The notes beneath the pieces were generated by a model that was not told the DNA's origin, did no database searches, and worked only from the letters and a program-made list of their open reading frames with translations. Source: Candidatus Latescibacterota bacterium (GTDB lineage: Bacteria > Latescibacterota > UBA2968). Taken from it: 64,000 nucleotides of DNA. The stretch is from the NCBI GenBank assembly GCA_965205975.1, contig OZ242195.1:1792001-1856000 (forward strand), in the 5' to 3' direction. The translations under genes and the position numbers were made by a program. The stretch's first letter is position 1; each line of letters starts with the position of its first letter. Positions 47,853 to 58,376 of the stretch are shown here, one piece after another.

Positions 47853-48274
47853 ATACACTGGAAATCACAACTTTGGTCGATGTCTGCGATCTGGATATCC
47901 CTCAATTAGAAGCTGTAGTGAAACAACTTCTTTCAGACAACGAGGTGCATCTTCCCATTTCGTGCGTTCTAACCCATGACGCCCATATCCGACAACTCAA
48001 CAAACAATATCGGAACATAGACAAAACGACCGACGTTCTTTCATTTGAGCTTTCCGATGCGATCCATCCAGAAGCGCATTATTGTGGAGAGATATACATT
48101 TCAGTAGATCGCGCACGACAGCAAGCAAAAACGCATAACCGATCCCTACAGACAGAAATAACTCATCTGACAGTGCATGGGACCCTGCATTTGCTGGGAT
48201 TTGAACACGATACCCCCGAGGGGTACACGCAAATGCAAAACGAAGAAAAAAAATACCTGACCTTGATGGGATAA
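47849..48274 (+). CDS. ybeY: rRNA maturation endoribonuclease YbeY
   Basis: LNKQYR..DKTTDVLSF, HGTLHLLGFEH. Confidence 0.94.
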   Translation: MNTLEITTLVDVCDLDIPQLEAVVKQLLSDNEVHLPISCVLTHDAHIRQLNKQYRNIDKTTDVLSFELSDAIHPEAHYCGEIYISVDRARQQAKTHNRSLQTEITHLTVHGTLHLLGFEHDTPEGYTQMQNEEKKYLTLMG

Positions 48275-48309
48275 CCCTTGCTATAAACAATTCTTCCCCC
48301 GAAAGGAGC

Positions 48310-49626
48310 GTGATTTTTTTGGACGATCCTTGGCCAGCAATCTTTATAACCATCGCTTCTATTCTCCTGACAGCAGCTTTCTCCAGGCTCGGATCAATTG
48401 TTGTTTCGCGCACAACTCTCGAACGCCTTCACGAAGAAAAAATAGGACGTGCAGGGCTCTACCTCTGGCTCTATCGCTCCCGCGATTTTGTGTCACAAAT
48501 GGTTTTGCTCGGTCAGACAATCGCCATATCTATAGGCGCTCTGGCACTGTTTTCCATTCTTTTTCAGACGTTAAAACCGGGTTTCTGGCTATATCCCAGT
48601 GCAGCATTGCTCATCGCACTTTATGTATTTATCGCCCTGGTCATTCGCAGCATCGTTCCCCCCTACCGCAGGGAAGAGGGATCAGACCGTCCGCTGCCTT
48701 TTTTGCCGTTATGTTTTTTGCCCTTTTACTTTATTCTTGTTCTTCCCACACTCTTGTTGCTCAAAGCGCAAACTGTTTTCTTGAGCGAAGACGATAGCCG
48801 AGCACTTAAAGAAGAAGAATTGCGAAATATCGTCGAGTCGGAAACAGAAGAAGGCACAATCGAAGCAGAAGAAAGAGAAATGATTGAGGGCATCTTTGAA
48901 TTTGATGAAACAACGGTCAAAGAGGTGATGATCCCGCGCATAGATATAATTTCTGCCGAAATAACGGCCACGCCCAAGGAGCTTCTCGAACTGATCCAGC
49001 AATCCTGGCATTCGCGAATCCCCATCTATGAAGAACGAATCGACAACATCAAGGGCGTCGTTTATGTCAAAGATATTTTGCTCAATCTGGCGACCAATCA
49101 GCCGTGGTCTATTCCAGAGATCATGCGTGCGCCATACTTTGTGCCGGAAAATAAGACACTCGCTGAGCTAATGGCCGAATTTAAGCGCGAGAAAGTACAC
49201 ATGGCGATTGTTGTCGGAGAATATGGTGGCACGTCTGGCCTCATTACAATGGAAGATATTATCGAAGAAATTGTCGGTGAGATTCAAGATGAATACGACG
49301 ATGAAGAACCGCTTTTTGAATGGCGCGAAGAAGGCAAAATACTCGTCGCAGATGCGCGCATTGACATTGAAGACCTCAATATCGTGCTCAACGTCGAACT
49401 GCCACAAAACGGTTACGAAACGCTCGGAGGATTTATATACAACGTGCTTGGACACGTACCTCATATAGATGAAAATTTAGAACACGGAAATCTATTTATT
49501 GAAATCCTCCAGGTCGTAGGACAGCGCATTACACGAGTAAAAATCACCAAACGCGGAGAGCCTTCACAGGATAGCTCAGAACATGTTGAAGAGACACAAA
49601 TGCAAAACGACAAACCGCAGAAATAG
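48310..49626 (+). CDS. Hemolysin/CorC family CBS-domain membrane protein
   Basis: TM region, VMIPRID, HSRIPIY, EYGGTSGLITMEDIIEEIVGEI.DEYD, TLGG. Confidence 0.9.
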   Translation: MIFLDDPWPAIFITIASILLTAAFSRLGSIVVSRTTLERLHEEKIGRAGLYLWLYRSRDFVSQMVLLGQTIAISIGALALFSILFQTLKPGFWLYPSAALLIALYVFIALVIRSIVPPYRREEGSDRPLPFLPLCFLPFYFILVLPTLLLLKAQTVFLSEDDSRALKEEELRNIVESETEEGTIEAEEREMIEGIFEFDETTVKEVMIPRIDIISAEITATPKELLELIQQSWHSRIPIYEERIDNIKGVVYVKDILLNLATNQPWSIPEIMRAPYFVPENKTLAELMAEFKREKVHMAIVVGEYGGTSGLITMEDIIEEIVGEIQDEYDDEEPLFEWREEGKILVADARIDIEDLNIVLNVELPQNGYETLGGFIYNVLGHVPHIDENLEHGNLFIEILQVVGQRITRVKITKRGEPSQDSSEHVEETQMQNDKPQK

Positions 49627-49681
49627 CTTGACAATAACCCCAAAATCCCGTTCTTTTTTAGTGCTTATCTGGACATAGGGT

Positions 49682-49758
<77 letters not shown>

Positions 49759-49813
49759 AAAAAATAAGGGAACCTAAAATTTCGGTTCCCTTTTATTTTT
49801 TTCTTCATCTTCA

Positions 49814-50191
49814 TCAGGCATCGAGCAAAGATCGAAATGCAGCTTTGAAATTGTGCGGGGCGCTCCGCCAGAGTTGAATACCCTCAATAATATCATCGGT
49901 TTCCGATTTGAATATCGGCTGCAACGCTTTCCTCAGTTCGGCGATCTGTATTGTCTCCTGACCTGCTTTATGATCCGTCAACAAATCTTCGACACTTCTG
50001 CCCAACACATCTGCAATTTTTGCCAACACGGGAATGGACCCGCGCTGTTTGCCCTTTCGAATATCGCTAAAATAGGGCGCACTAATCCCAACCATTTTGG
50101 CGATCTCCTGGCCCTGTAAACCCGATTCGCGTTGCCAGCGCTGAATCTTCTCACCCGCTATTTGTTTATCATAAAGCTCTCGCCTTGTCAT
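49814..50191 (-). CDS. XRE-family helix-turn-helix regulator
   Basis: QEIAKMVGISAPYFSDIRKG...LAKIADVLG. Confidence 0.85.
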   Translation of the reverse strand: MTRRELYDKQIAGEKIQRWQRESGLQGQEIAKMVGISAPYFSDIRKGKQRGSIPVLAKIADVLGRSVEDLLTDHKAGQETIQIAELRKALQPIFKSETDDIIEGIQLWRSAPHNFKAAFRSLLDA

Positions 50192-50206
50192 GCATACACT
50201 CCTTTT

Positions 50207-50977
50207 TTAGTGAGAATGCTTCACCACCTCGACCAGCCACGCAATGTCATTCAGGTCGTGAAACACGATATCCTCTGCCCCAATGCCACACGCACCGAGA
50301 TTGGACGCGATGCTATCTTGCGTCCACCTTGCAGACCAAAAACCTTCAGCAGTCGCCACAAATCGCGACCCCAAAGGCGTCACAACGCGCTGCCCTGTAT
50401 GCTCGTAGAAATCGACTTGCGCGGCCTCAGTTTCCGGCACATTCTTGTACATGGTGAAAAATGCGGAACCGCCGATTTTCAGAGCGCGATAAAAACGAGA
50501 AATCGTCTGAATAAATCGCGGATTGCGGTCGAGATAGGCGTCGTTGTACAGGCTGAGGTCATCGGATTTATCCCTGATATTGCCCGGCGTAAAATACAGA
50601 CAGAAAACGAGGTCGTAAAATTCCTCCTCAACCACTGCCTCAGCGGCATCGCCTATAAATATCTGTGCGTTGTCAATGCGTTCTTTTTTCCACAGCGCGT
50701 GTGCGTCTTCAGCCATTTCGGGCGATATTTCAAAGCCGTGGTACAAAAGACAGTGCGGCGCGAATAGAACGGCGTGATAGCCATTGCCACACCCGATATC
50801 CGCAATTTTGTATGGGCCGTGCTGAAGTTGCTCGCAGAGTATCTCATCCTGTTTCTGCCGAGCCTCTCTAATCGGTTCGGGACAATAGGACGACTCAAGC
50901 GCGCGTTTGACGGCTTCATTTTCGGATTCCAGCGATATACGACTCACTTGTTCCCTCTTTGGTTTTTGCTTAGACAA
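50207..50977 (-). CDS. Class I SAM-dependent methyltransferase
   Basis: IADIGCGNG, GFEIS, GDA, YDLV. Confidence 0.85.
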   Translation of the reverse strand: MSKQKPKREQVSRISLESENEAVKRALESSYCPEPIREARQKQDEILCEQLQHGPYKIADIGCGNGYHAVLFAPHCLLYHGFEISPEMAEDAHALWKKERIDNAQIFIGDAAEAVVEEEFYDLVFCLYFTPGNIRDKSDDLSLYNDAYLDRNPRFIQTISRFYRALKIGGSAFFTMYKNVPETEAAQVDFYEHTGQRVVTPLGSRFVATAEGFWSARWTQDSIASNLGACGIGAEDIVFHDLNDIAWLVEVVKHSH

Positions 50978-51083
50978 TTAATTATTCATGCAGAAATCTA
51001 CTATGCGGGTCAAGTTGTAAATATCAACTGTCTATGTATTCCCAACCCGTACTGTATCAATTTTACAACACCTGTGCTAAAAA

Positions 51084-51193
51084 GGCACACATTTTGCTTT
51101 CTTTGTAAAATGTCATGACAAAATACAAAATGCTATAAAAACAAGTATTTATATCATTTTTTTCAAAAAAATAATTTACGGCACACATTTTGC
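51084..51193 (+). promoter_or_regulatory. Two sigma-54-type elements GGCACACATTTTGC
   Basis: Identical 14-mers at 51084-51097 and 51180-51193, each GGCAC-N5-TTGCW. Confidence 0.65.
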
Positions 51194-51238
51194 ATACTAT
51201 AATCAATAGCCGGGGTCATACACTTTCAGGAGGTTACC

Positions 51239-52153
51239 ATGTCACAGATTCGACTGTTTTTGCTCGCCGCTCTCGTCTGCTTACCAGTCACTGCATCGTC
51301 TGCACCGCACCTTGAACCCACACTCGAAAAATCCAAAGTCCAATTATCGGGTTCAATAACCAATGGTGTCATTGACATCAACTCCAACGGAGAAATAAAA
51401 ATCCACATCCCCCAGGGCACCCTTACACTCCCGACTGATTCGCTCTCCACAGCGCCCAAAGGACCATCCGGCCCCTATGCCCCTTGCATCCTCGGTGGTC
51501 CTGGTCAATCAGTTCTTAGTAATCCAGCCAGACTATCTCCAGTATATACACCGATGCCAGACCCGATGAAATTGCTCAATCATATCGGGATGTTTTTCTC
51601 AACGGCCAGTGGCGGATTTGGCTCTCGTATCAATTATGACCACAAAATATCTCCAAACACACGCTTTACCGCCAGCCCGGAATTTCTCACCTATAGCCTG
51701 TCCAGATCCAGTGCTATTCTGGGAGACCTTATGCCCTCAGGCACAACGCGAATCACCTTGATCGCCATACCCATCGGTCTCCAACGCCACTTTGCGCCCA
51801 CATCGCGTATCAATCCCCACATAGGATTTGGTTTTGGCCCCATAATCCGGCTGGACCACCGCTCACACCGACTGGGGTACTACGGGAACAATTTGGGTTT
51901 AGACAGAACAATTCGCAATAGACACAACAGCCTCAATCTTACGGTCCCCCTTACCCTCGATGATTTTCCAAGCACCTCCTTAACTTTGGGCGGCCATCTC
52001 GCCTCTGGCCTGAACATCCATTTCGGCGCGAAAAAAAATCTCGCCCTCACCATCGAAGGCCGCTACACCCTGGCTCGATTCATTGACGCGATGGGTTCAC
52101 CCGGCGATTTTAGTGGTCTCTCTCTTGCTATAGGATTTGGAAAAGCGTTCTAA
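51239..52153 (+). CDS. Secreted, probable outer-membrane beta-barrel protein
   Basis: AGGAGG RBS, signal peptide, alternating beta-strand patterns, C-terminal Phe. Confidence 0.65.
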   Translation: MSQIRLFLLAALVCLPVTASSAPHLEPTLEKSKVQLSGSITNGVIDINSNGEIKIHIPQGTLTLPTDSLSTAPKGPSGPYAPCILGGPGQSVLSNPARLSPVYTPMPDPMKLLNHIGMFFSTASGGFGSRINYDHKISPNTRFTASPEFLTYSLSRSSAILGDLMPSGTTRITLIAIPIGLQRHFAPTSRINPHIGFGFGPIIRLDHRSHRLGYYGNNLGLDRTIRNRHNSLNLTVPLTLDDFPSTSLTLGGHLASGLNIHFGAKKNLALTIEGRYTLARFIDAMGSPGDFSGLSLAIGFGKAF

Positions 52154-52252
52154 AAAATCACCGCATAAAATCAAAACGGGACGCATCGGGAAATGATGGG
52201 TCCCGTTTTCTGTACTTGTCATTAATTTTCACACACATTTACAATTCCTTGC

Positions 52253-52307
52253 TTGACAGTACCCTATATTTAGTGCTATAATTTGGGCAATATACAATAT
52301 CATGTTG
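52253..52307 (+). promoter_or_regulatory. nrdR promoter overlapped by two NrdR-box-like sites
   Basis: TTGACA 52253, TGnTATAAT 52274-52282; ACCCTATATTTAGTG at 52261 and ATACAATATCATGTT at 52292, starts 31 bp apart. Confidence 0.65.
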
Positions 52308-52332
52308 ATTTCAAGAAAGGAACTCTATACTT

Positions 52333-52785
52333 ATGAAATGTCCTTATTGTGGCGTGATCGAAGACAAAGTGGTAGATTCCAGATCGAGCAAAGAAGGCAC
52401 CGCCATTCGACGCCGCCGAGAATGCCTGGGGTGCGAACGTCGATTCACGACCTACGAATACATTGAAGACACCCCTCTCACCGTTATCAAATCCGATGGA
52501 CGACGCGAAATCTTTGACAAAAACAAACTCATGGATAAAATCCGACTCTCCTGCACCAAACGTCCGATCTCGACAACTCAGATCGAAGAAATCGCCGACC
52601 GAATCGAAGATCAACTCGTAAGCAGAGGCGAACGCGAAATAGAAGCCAAAGAGCACATTGGCGAACTTGTCATGACAGAACTCAAACGTCTCGACGACGT
52701 TGCCTACGTGCGCTTTGCCTCTGTGTACCGCCAATTCAAAGACCTCAGCGACTTTGAAAAAGAACTGAGGCAACTTGAAAGATGA
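52333..52785 (+). CDS. nrdR: Transcriptional repressor NrdR
   Basis: [24 protein letters not shown] cone, [10 protein letters not shown]. Confidence 0.97.
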   Translation: MKCPYCGVIEDKVVDSRSSKEGTAIRRRRECLGCERRFTTYEYIEDTPLTVIKSDGRREIFDKNKLMDKIRLSCTKRPISTTQIEEIADRIEDQLVSRGEREIEAKEHIGELVMTELKRLDDVAYVRFASVYRQFKDLSDFEKELRQLER

Positions 52786-52804
52786 GATGTTAAAGAGCCA
52801 GTAC

Positions 52805-53392
52805 TCACCTCTCCAAAAACTTCGCTTTCCCCTCATGACAAGTCTGGCACGTTGCGGGCTTGCCCGTTTTAATATCCAATAAGCGATCTGTAAACTTCTC
52901 CATCATCATGCGTGCAACAACCTTATTGGGGGTAGGCGTGACCGGATCGAGCCGGCCATCGCGCCTTCTCACATGGCAATAGTCACATGCCTTCACACCC
53001 AGAGCTTTCTGCATTTCTTTCATCATCGCCACAATTTCTCCACGCGACATACCCGCCAACCGCGAGGGTTTGGCCGCACTCGTATCGCGCACTACAAACC
53101 GCACCGTGCCCGTGTGGCAAAAAGCACAATCAATCGTTTTTCCCGCTGCCGTAACCAGACCATCCACAAAATGATGCTTCATATAAAATGCTGTTTTCTT
53201 AAACGGAGACGGTGCTTTGTAATCGCGTTCACCAGCCTCAGTCACAGACGGATGGCAATACTTACATTTTACCCCCAGAGCATTAGAAATCGCTTCCATA
53301 CCCTCTTTGCTCGTATCCAGAACGTGGTGATCGCCCGCGTGTATATCGGCACAAAGCAAGATAACCGCACAGCAAAAAATAAAACGTTTCAC
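52805..53392 (-). CDS. Tetraheme c-type cytochrome (reaction-centre cytochrome c-like repeats)
   Basis: Signal peptide; CKYCH, CAFCH, CDYCH, CQTCH; two M....ALGV.C..CH halves. Confidence 0.82.
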   Translation of the reverse strand: MKRFIFCCAVILLCADIHAGDHHVLDTSKEGMEAISNALGVKCKYCHPSVTEAGERDYKAPSPFKKTAFYMKHHFVDGLVTAAGKTIDCAFCHTGTVRFVVRDTSAAKPSRLAGMSRGEIVAMMKEMQKALGVKACDYCHVRRRDGRLDPVTPTPNKVVARMMMEKFTDRLLDIKTGKPATCQTCHEGKAKFLER

Positions 53393-54747
53393 AAAGCTCC
53401 TCTCACGACTCGACCATCCACCCCTTCAGGACTTTCCAGCCCCAACAGAGCCATCATCGTAGGCAAAATATCCATCACAATCGCGTCATCAGATGCCAGA
53501 TCAGGCGCATTGACAAACCACAACGCATCATCGAAAGTATGCGTACCATTCACAGGGCTGGATTCAAACAAAACGCGCTTTTCAAAACCGCCCTTCAAAT
53601 CATATCCCCGCGCAGGCACTGCCATAAGATCGGGTGCTGCATCGAGGTCATCGCCGGAAAAAGCCTCTTCGCGCATCAACACGCGATCAATGATTGGTAC
53701 CCCACCATCGGGGTCGCGGATTTCCATCAATGCATCTGCCACATCTCGCCGGACTTGCTCGTATTCAGCACCTGCCTGAACGCAGCCCTCGCGCTCCCTG
53801 CCCTTTAGATTCACGTAAAATCGCCCGGGCAACAATGAATAACACCGCGTTCGGGGATCCAGGTCTCTCAACTGTTTTGGTTCAGGCGATGCAAAAGACA
53901 ACAACCCCATCTGTTGCAGCCAAAAATTCAAATGCACCTCGCGCTGTAGGGTGCAAAAACCGTGGTCCGACACAATCATGAGCAACGTATCGCTGTATAA
54001 CCGCGAAACCAATTCTCCGATGATTTCATCTACGCGCGCGTAAAACTGATTGAACCACGCGGTGTACGACACATCTCCTCGTTCCACATCGCCCCAGAGA
54101 AAGTGGTGCAATCGATCGGTATCCATAAAATGCGCTACAAATAAATCCCATGACTCCTGGGCATAATACTTGAACATAGCCTCTGCACGTCGGTCGAGTG
54201 CCCAGAAGATCTCATCGAGAAATTTATGACGATTTATCCGCGCCTGCCAGGCGTCAATATCGATCAAATATCCCATGGATTCCAGCTCAGATGCGATAGA
54301 AGGCGGATAGGTCGCTCGCTTCAAATCGGGTGCTAAAAATCCCGAAATCAAGATGCCATTGACTTTGCGAGGGGGAAAAGTAGTCGGTACCCCCATAGAA
54401 AAAACCCGCTGTCCCATATTGCTAAACAGATCAACCCACGTCTTGCCCTGCAAAGTTCTCGAAGATGGAATAAACATCTCATATGTTTGGGGTACGCGGT
54501 CAATAAAACCAAAAATCCCGTGCTTACCCGGATTGCAACCCGTCGCAATTGACGCCCAGGCCGTTGACGATACCGTAGGTAGCACCGACGTCATAGACAT
54601 CAATGATCCCTGAACGATCAACTGTTGAAAATTGGGCATAACCCCCTCGGCAATCAGACGTTGCAACAAGCTATGTGGCATACCATCTAAGCCCAGAACA
54701 ACGACCCGGCTAAATTTGGATCTATTTCGTCGAAAAAAATTAAGCAT
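53389..54747 (-). CDS. Alkaline phosphatase superfamily (type I phosphodiesterase/nucleotide pyrophosphatase) protein
   Basis: LGLDG, PTVSSTAW, GKHGIFGF, DRLHH, SDHGF, GTH. Confidence 0.88.
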   Translation of the reverse strand: MLNFFRRNRSKFSRVVVLGLDGMPHSLLQRLIAEGVMPNFQQLIVQGSLMSMTSVLPTVSSTAWASIATGCNPGKHGIFGFIDRVPQTYEMFIPSSRTLQGKTWVDLFSNMGQRVFSMGVPTTFPPRKVNGILISGFLAPDLKRATYPPSIASELESMGYLIDIDAWQARINRHKFLDEIFWALDRRAEAMFKYYAQESWDLFVAHFMDTDRLHHFLWGDVERGDVSYTAWFNQFYARVDEIIGELVSRLYSDTLLMIVSDHGFCTLQREVHLNFWLQQMGLLSFASPEPKQLRDLDPRTRCYSLLPGRFYVNLKGREREGCVQAGAEYEQVRRDVADALMEIRDPDGGVPIIDRVLMREEAFSGDDLDAAPDLMAVPARGYDLKGGFEKRVLFESSPVNGTHTFDDALWFVNAPDLASDDAIVMDILPTMMALLGLESPEGVDGRVVRGAL

Positions 54748-54859
54748 CTATCCCCATCCCACAATAAAATAGGGCTTTTAACCCCTTGTATATAGAAGCT
54801 AAAAGCCCAAGATACTGAATAAAACCTCTTCAGCACATGCATAGTAAATGTAAATAATG

Positions 54860-54937
54860 TGGGGTGAGTGAGGGGATTTGAACCCCCGACCTCCTGGGCC
54901 ACAACCAGGCGCTCTGACCGACTGAGCTACACCCACC
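54860..54937 (-). tRNA. tRNA-His (GTG)
   Basis: CCTGG-TTGTGGC-CCAGG anticodon arm, G-1/C73 pair, encoded CCA. Confidence 0.96.
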
Positions 54938-54952
54938 ACACAAAACGCAAAA

Positions 54953-55026
54953 CACTCCCGGCAGGGCTCGAACCTGCGACCTACTGCTTAGAAGGCAGTT
55001 GCTCTATCCAGCTGAGCTACGGGAGC
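54953..55026 (-). tRNA. tRNA-Arg (TCT)
   Basis: ACTGC-CTTCTAA-GCAGT anticodon arm, GGTTCGAG T-loop; CCA not encoded. Confidence 0.95.
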
Positions 55027-55318
55027 AAAAAACCTGCCCTTAAGGATTCTATCAAAGGGCGATACTGATATGATACACATCCTATTTGAGAGCAAAATTA
55101 TCATATTGATCAAAAAGTGTCAAGCAAAAGTAACATCTCTCACCCCATCCTCAGCTTGAGTTGTAGATCCTTCGCAAAGCTTTAGTCTCGCGCGATAAGT
55201 GGCAGAGTTTACACTTTAATTTCTTCCAAATTCCAGTTTTTTTTTCAACTTGACAACTGTTCTTCCCCTGATGATATTTTTTTATCTAACTATTCTTCCC
55301 AAGATTACTGGTCCGCAC

Positions 55319-55945
55319 ATGCCCAGAAAACGACTTACACAAGCCGAACGGCGCACCCAAATTATCGAAGTGGCGATGACGCTTTTCGCCACCAAAGGAT
55401 TTACCGGTACCACCACGCGTGCCATTGCCCGTGCGGCAGATGTTTCAGAAGCCATTATCTTCAGGCACTTTGCGACCAAAGAAGACCTCTACAATGCCAT
55501 TATCACATACACAGTTGAAAAACGCTCAGAACAATGGGATCAAGACACAGCACCTCCGCCAGCCCCGAGCAATATCGAACGCCTCTTGCGCGACTTTGCC
55601 CAGACATTTGTCAATCGCAATCGCAAAGATTCGACGTTCATACGCCTGATGATGTACAGCGCACTCGAAGATCACAAATTCCGAGAAAAATTTTTCGCAA
55701 TTTACAGCAACCCCCACATGCGATCCATTCGCCAGGCCATTCAAACCGGTGTCGATCAGGGCCTGTTTTGCGCGGTTGATCCGGCTGAATCGCTTCGCTC
55801 TTTCTTCTATGCACTCCTGCAATACTGTATCAGCCGTTTTGTTGCGAGCAATGAAACCGATATGCCAGAACGCGATGACGCCATGATCGAAAATCTCGTG
55901 ACGATTTTTGTGCGCGGACTGCGAATAGATAATCACAAAAGCTAA
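55319..55945 (+). CDS. TetR/AcrR family regulator
   Basis: LFATKGFTGTTTRAIARAADVSEAIIFRHFATKEDL. Confidence 0.92.
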   Translation: MPRKRLTQAERRTQIIEVAMTLFATKGFTGTTTRAIARAADVSEAIIFRHFATKEDLYNAIITYTVEKRSEQWDQDTAPPPAPSNIERLLRDFAQTFVNRNRKDSTFIRLMMYSALEDHKFREKFFAIYSNPHMRSIRQAIQTGVDQGLFCAVDPAESLRSFFYALLQYCISRFVASNETDMPERDDAMIENLVTIFVRGLRIDNHKS

Positions 55946-55952
55946 TCCTCTC

Positions 55953-57308
55953 ATGATCGATTTACGCTTTCTCGAAGAAGGCAAAGCAATTCGGGATCCC
56001 ATTTGGGGCTATATCCACATACCGCCCGATTTTTTATCCCTCGTTGATGCCGAAGAATTTCAACGCCTTCGCGATATATCGCAACTCGGGCACGTCTTGC
56101 TCGTGTATCCCGGAGCTCGCCACTCGCGTTTTGAACACGCTTTGGGCGTGTTTCACATTGCGGGCCATTTCCTCAAACAATTGCTCAAAACCCAGCCCCC
56201 TCCCAATATTGATATCGATGACGTCCGCGTGCTTCTCGCGGCGAGTTTGTTGCACGACATCGGTCATTATCCCTTTTCGCATCTGCTCGAAGAAATGCAG
56301 ATGTTTTTTATTGACCATGAAACGCGGGGGCGCTACATCATTGAAGATCCAAGCACAGAAATTCATGCCGCGCTTCTCAAAGTGGGTATTGATCCCCAGC
56401 GCGTTGCAAATGTCATCGATTACCAGCAACGCACCATTCCCGACCGCGATATGCGCCTTGCCCACATTCTCAGCGGCACACTCGACCCCGACAAAATTGA
56501 CTATCTTCTGCGCGACGCACGCTACTGCGGTGTCCCATTTGGCGAGAGCGTGAATAGAGACCGCCTCCTATCCTCAATTACATACCATCACGCGACACAG
56601 CGACCAGCCATCACTTACAAAGGCGTATCTGCGGCTGAAGCACTCATCTTTACCAGTTATCTGATGTATCGCAACGTCTATTGGCACCACGCGGTTCGCT
56701 CAGCCAATGCCATGTTCAAGCGCGGGATACAAGACCTTTTGGCGCATCCCAACTGTTCGCTGACAGAAAATGATTTTGACCGCGCCACAGAATCCGACCT
56801 GCTTCACCGTCTCGAAAAAGAACACACCGAACTCGAGATCTCCTATCGAACCAGCCTGATTGGCCGTCTCAAAAGACGCAAACTCTTCAAAGTTGCCCGC
56901 ATATTCTTTCCCCATGAATACGCGCACAACCTCATAAACCTATTTCGTCGTCTCTATGACGCACCCGACCAACGGCGAGAACTTGAGATGGCCTTTTGCA
57001 CCCACCTTTCCTCAAAGCACAATCTCAACCTCTGCGGCGATGAAATACTCCTCGACATTCTCCAATTTGACAAAATTCCCGAAGTAGATCTCAAAGTCTT
57101 TTTTGACGCCCACATCCCCGTAGAAAAAACAGAACCCTTGAGCTTTGACGACCCGGAAGTCTCTTTGCTCAAAAATTATCTGATCGACAATTTTGAGGCA
57201 CAGGCCAAAGTGGTGCGTATCTTCTGCGACGATATTCCCAATTTACGCCAGGCCGTGCGCGATGAAGCCTTTCCTTTCCTGAAAAAATGGGGAATAGTCA
57301 ACGCTTGA
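55953..57308 (+). CDS. HD-domain phosphohydrolase (dNTP triphosphohydrolase-like)
   Basis: IRDPIWG, FQRLRDISQLG, HSRFEHALG, LHDIGHYPFSH, DPDKIDYL.RD. Confidence 0.9.
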   Translation: MIDLRFLEEGKAIRDPIWGYIHIPPDFLSLVDAEEFQRLRDISQLGHVLLVYPGARHSRFEHALGVFHIAGHFLKQLLKTQPPPNIDIDDVRVLLAASLLHDIGHYPFSHLLEEMQMFFIDHETRGRYIIEDPSTEIHAALLKVGIDPQRVANVIDYQQRTIPDRDMRLAHILSGTLDPDKIDYLLRDARYCGVPFGESVNRDRLLSSITYHHATQRPAITYKGVSAAEALIFTSYLMYRNVYWHHAVRSANAMFKRGIQDLLAHPNCSLTENDFDRATESDLLHRLEKEHTELEISYRTSLIGRLKRRKLFKVARIFFPHEYAHNLINLFRRLYDAPDQRRELEMAFCTHLSSKHNLNLCGDEILLDILQFDKIPEVDLKVFFDAHIPVEKTEPLSFDDPEVSLLKNYLIDNFEAQAKVVRIFCDDIPNLRQAVRDEAFPFLKKWGIVNA

Positions 57309-57431
57309 TAAAATGAGTAAAAAGTTATATATTGCACACTTCTAAATGTAGATTTACCTGAATTTATTGAAAGTTCTATATTCTCCCTCAGACATAGATA
57401 AGTCACTCTCACCTTTATCTGGATTTTTTGC

Positions 57432-58358
57432 ATGAAAAAATATCTGACTTTAATGTTTATCTCCCACAATGAAGGTTATATCAAAGAATACCATCTCTCA
57501 CGACCCAAATTTATCGGCAGTATAAGTGCATTATGCCTACTCCTATTGCTCTCACTCGGCTATGTAGCCACAATTGGCAAAAGGGAAAGACTTGCCGAAC
57601 TCAAGGAGGAAAACACGACACTCCAACGCGAATTTGTCTTAATTCAAGAAGAATTGGAAAACATGCGCCACAACATGGATCAGCTACAGGAAAAAGATCG
57701 CATCATGCGCGCCTGGGTTGACCTGTCCGAACCGAGTGACGAAGTCCGTCAAATAGGTGTGGGGGGTGGAGATGCCATACTGCCAGAAAGGGAAAATGCC
57801 ATCTCAGACGACGTCTCAGATCTTCTGACTTATAACCGCACCAATATGGATCAACTCTTGCGAGAAGCGCACTTTCTGAAAACCAGTTTTGATACGATTT
57901 TGACAGTACTCAGCAAAGACATCCAAATGCGCCAGCACATACCTTCAATTACCCCTGTAAGGATGGAAAATCCGAGAATATCATCGGGATTTGGTTACCG
58001 TCGCGATCCATTCACCGGGCGTAGGCAATTTCACTTTGGGATCGATTATCCCGGTCGCAGGGGCACGCCTATTATCGCTACAGCCGATGGGAAAATAGAT
58101 AAAATTAACTATAACAATCGTTTGGGATGGTATGTGATTATCGACCACGGCTATGGCTTACAAACGCTATACGGGCACCTCAATAGCAGGCCGTCTGGCA
58201 AGCAGGGTGATCGCATCAAACGCGGTGAAAAGATTGGAGAGATGGGCAGGACTGGGCGCTCAACAGCCCCACATCTCCACTACTCGGTCTACAAAAATGG
58301 CGATCCCGAAAATCCCAAACACTACATCTTTGATCAAAAAACGCGCTCTTTGTTTTAA
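57432..58358 (+). CDS. M23 family metallopeptidase
   Basis: TM plus coiled coil; SSGFGYRRDP, HFGID, YGHL, STAPHLHY. Confidence 0.92.
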   Translation: MKKYLTLMFISHNEGYIKEYHLSRPKFIGSISALCLLLLLSLGYVATIGKRERLAELKEENTTLQREFVLIQEELENMRHNMDQLQEKDRIMRAWVDLSEPSDEVRQIGVGGGDAILPERENAISDDVSDLLTYNRTNMDQLLREAHFLKTSFDTILTVLSKDIQMRQHIPSITPVRMENPRISSGFGYRRDPFTGRRQFHFGIDYPGRRGTPIIATADGKIDKINYNNRLGWYVIIDHGYGLQTLYGHLNSRPSGKQGDRIKRGEKIGEMGRTGRSTAPHLHYSVYKNGDPENPKHYIFDQKTRSLF

Positions 58359-58376
58359 CGAATCAGAGGATAAACC

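Noticed and set aside
52805..53392. Evidence of phototrophy
   Set aside because: No puf or bch genes nearby; this cytochrome motif alone is not diagnostic
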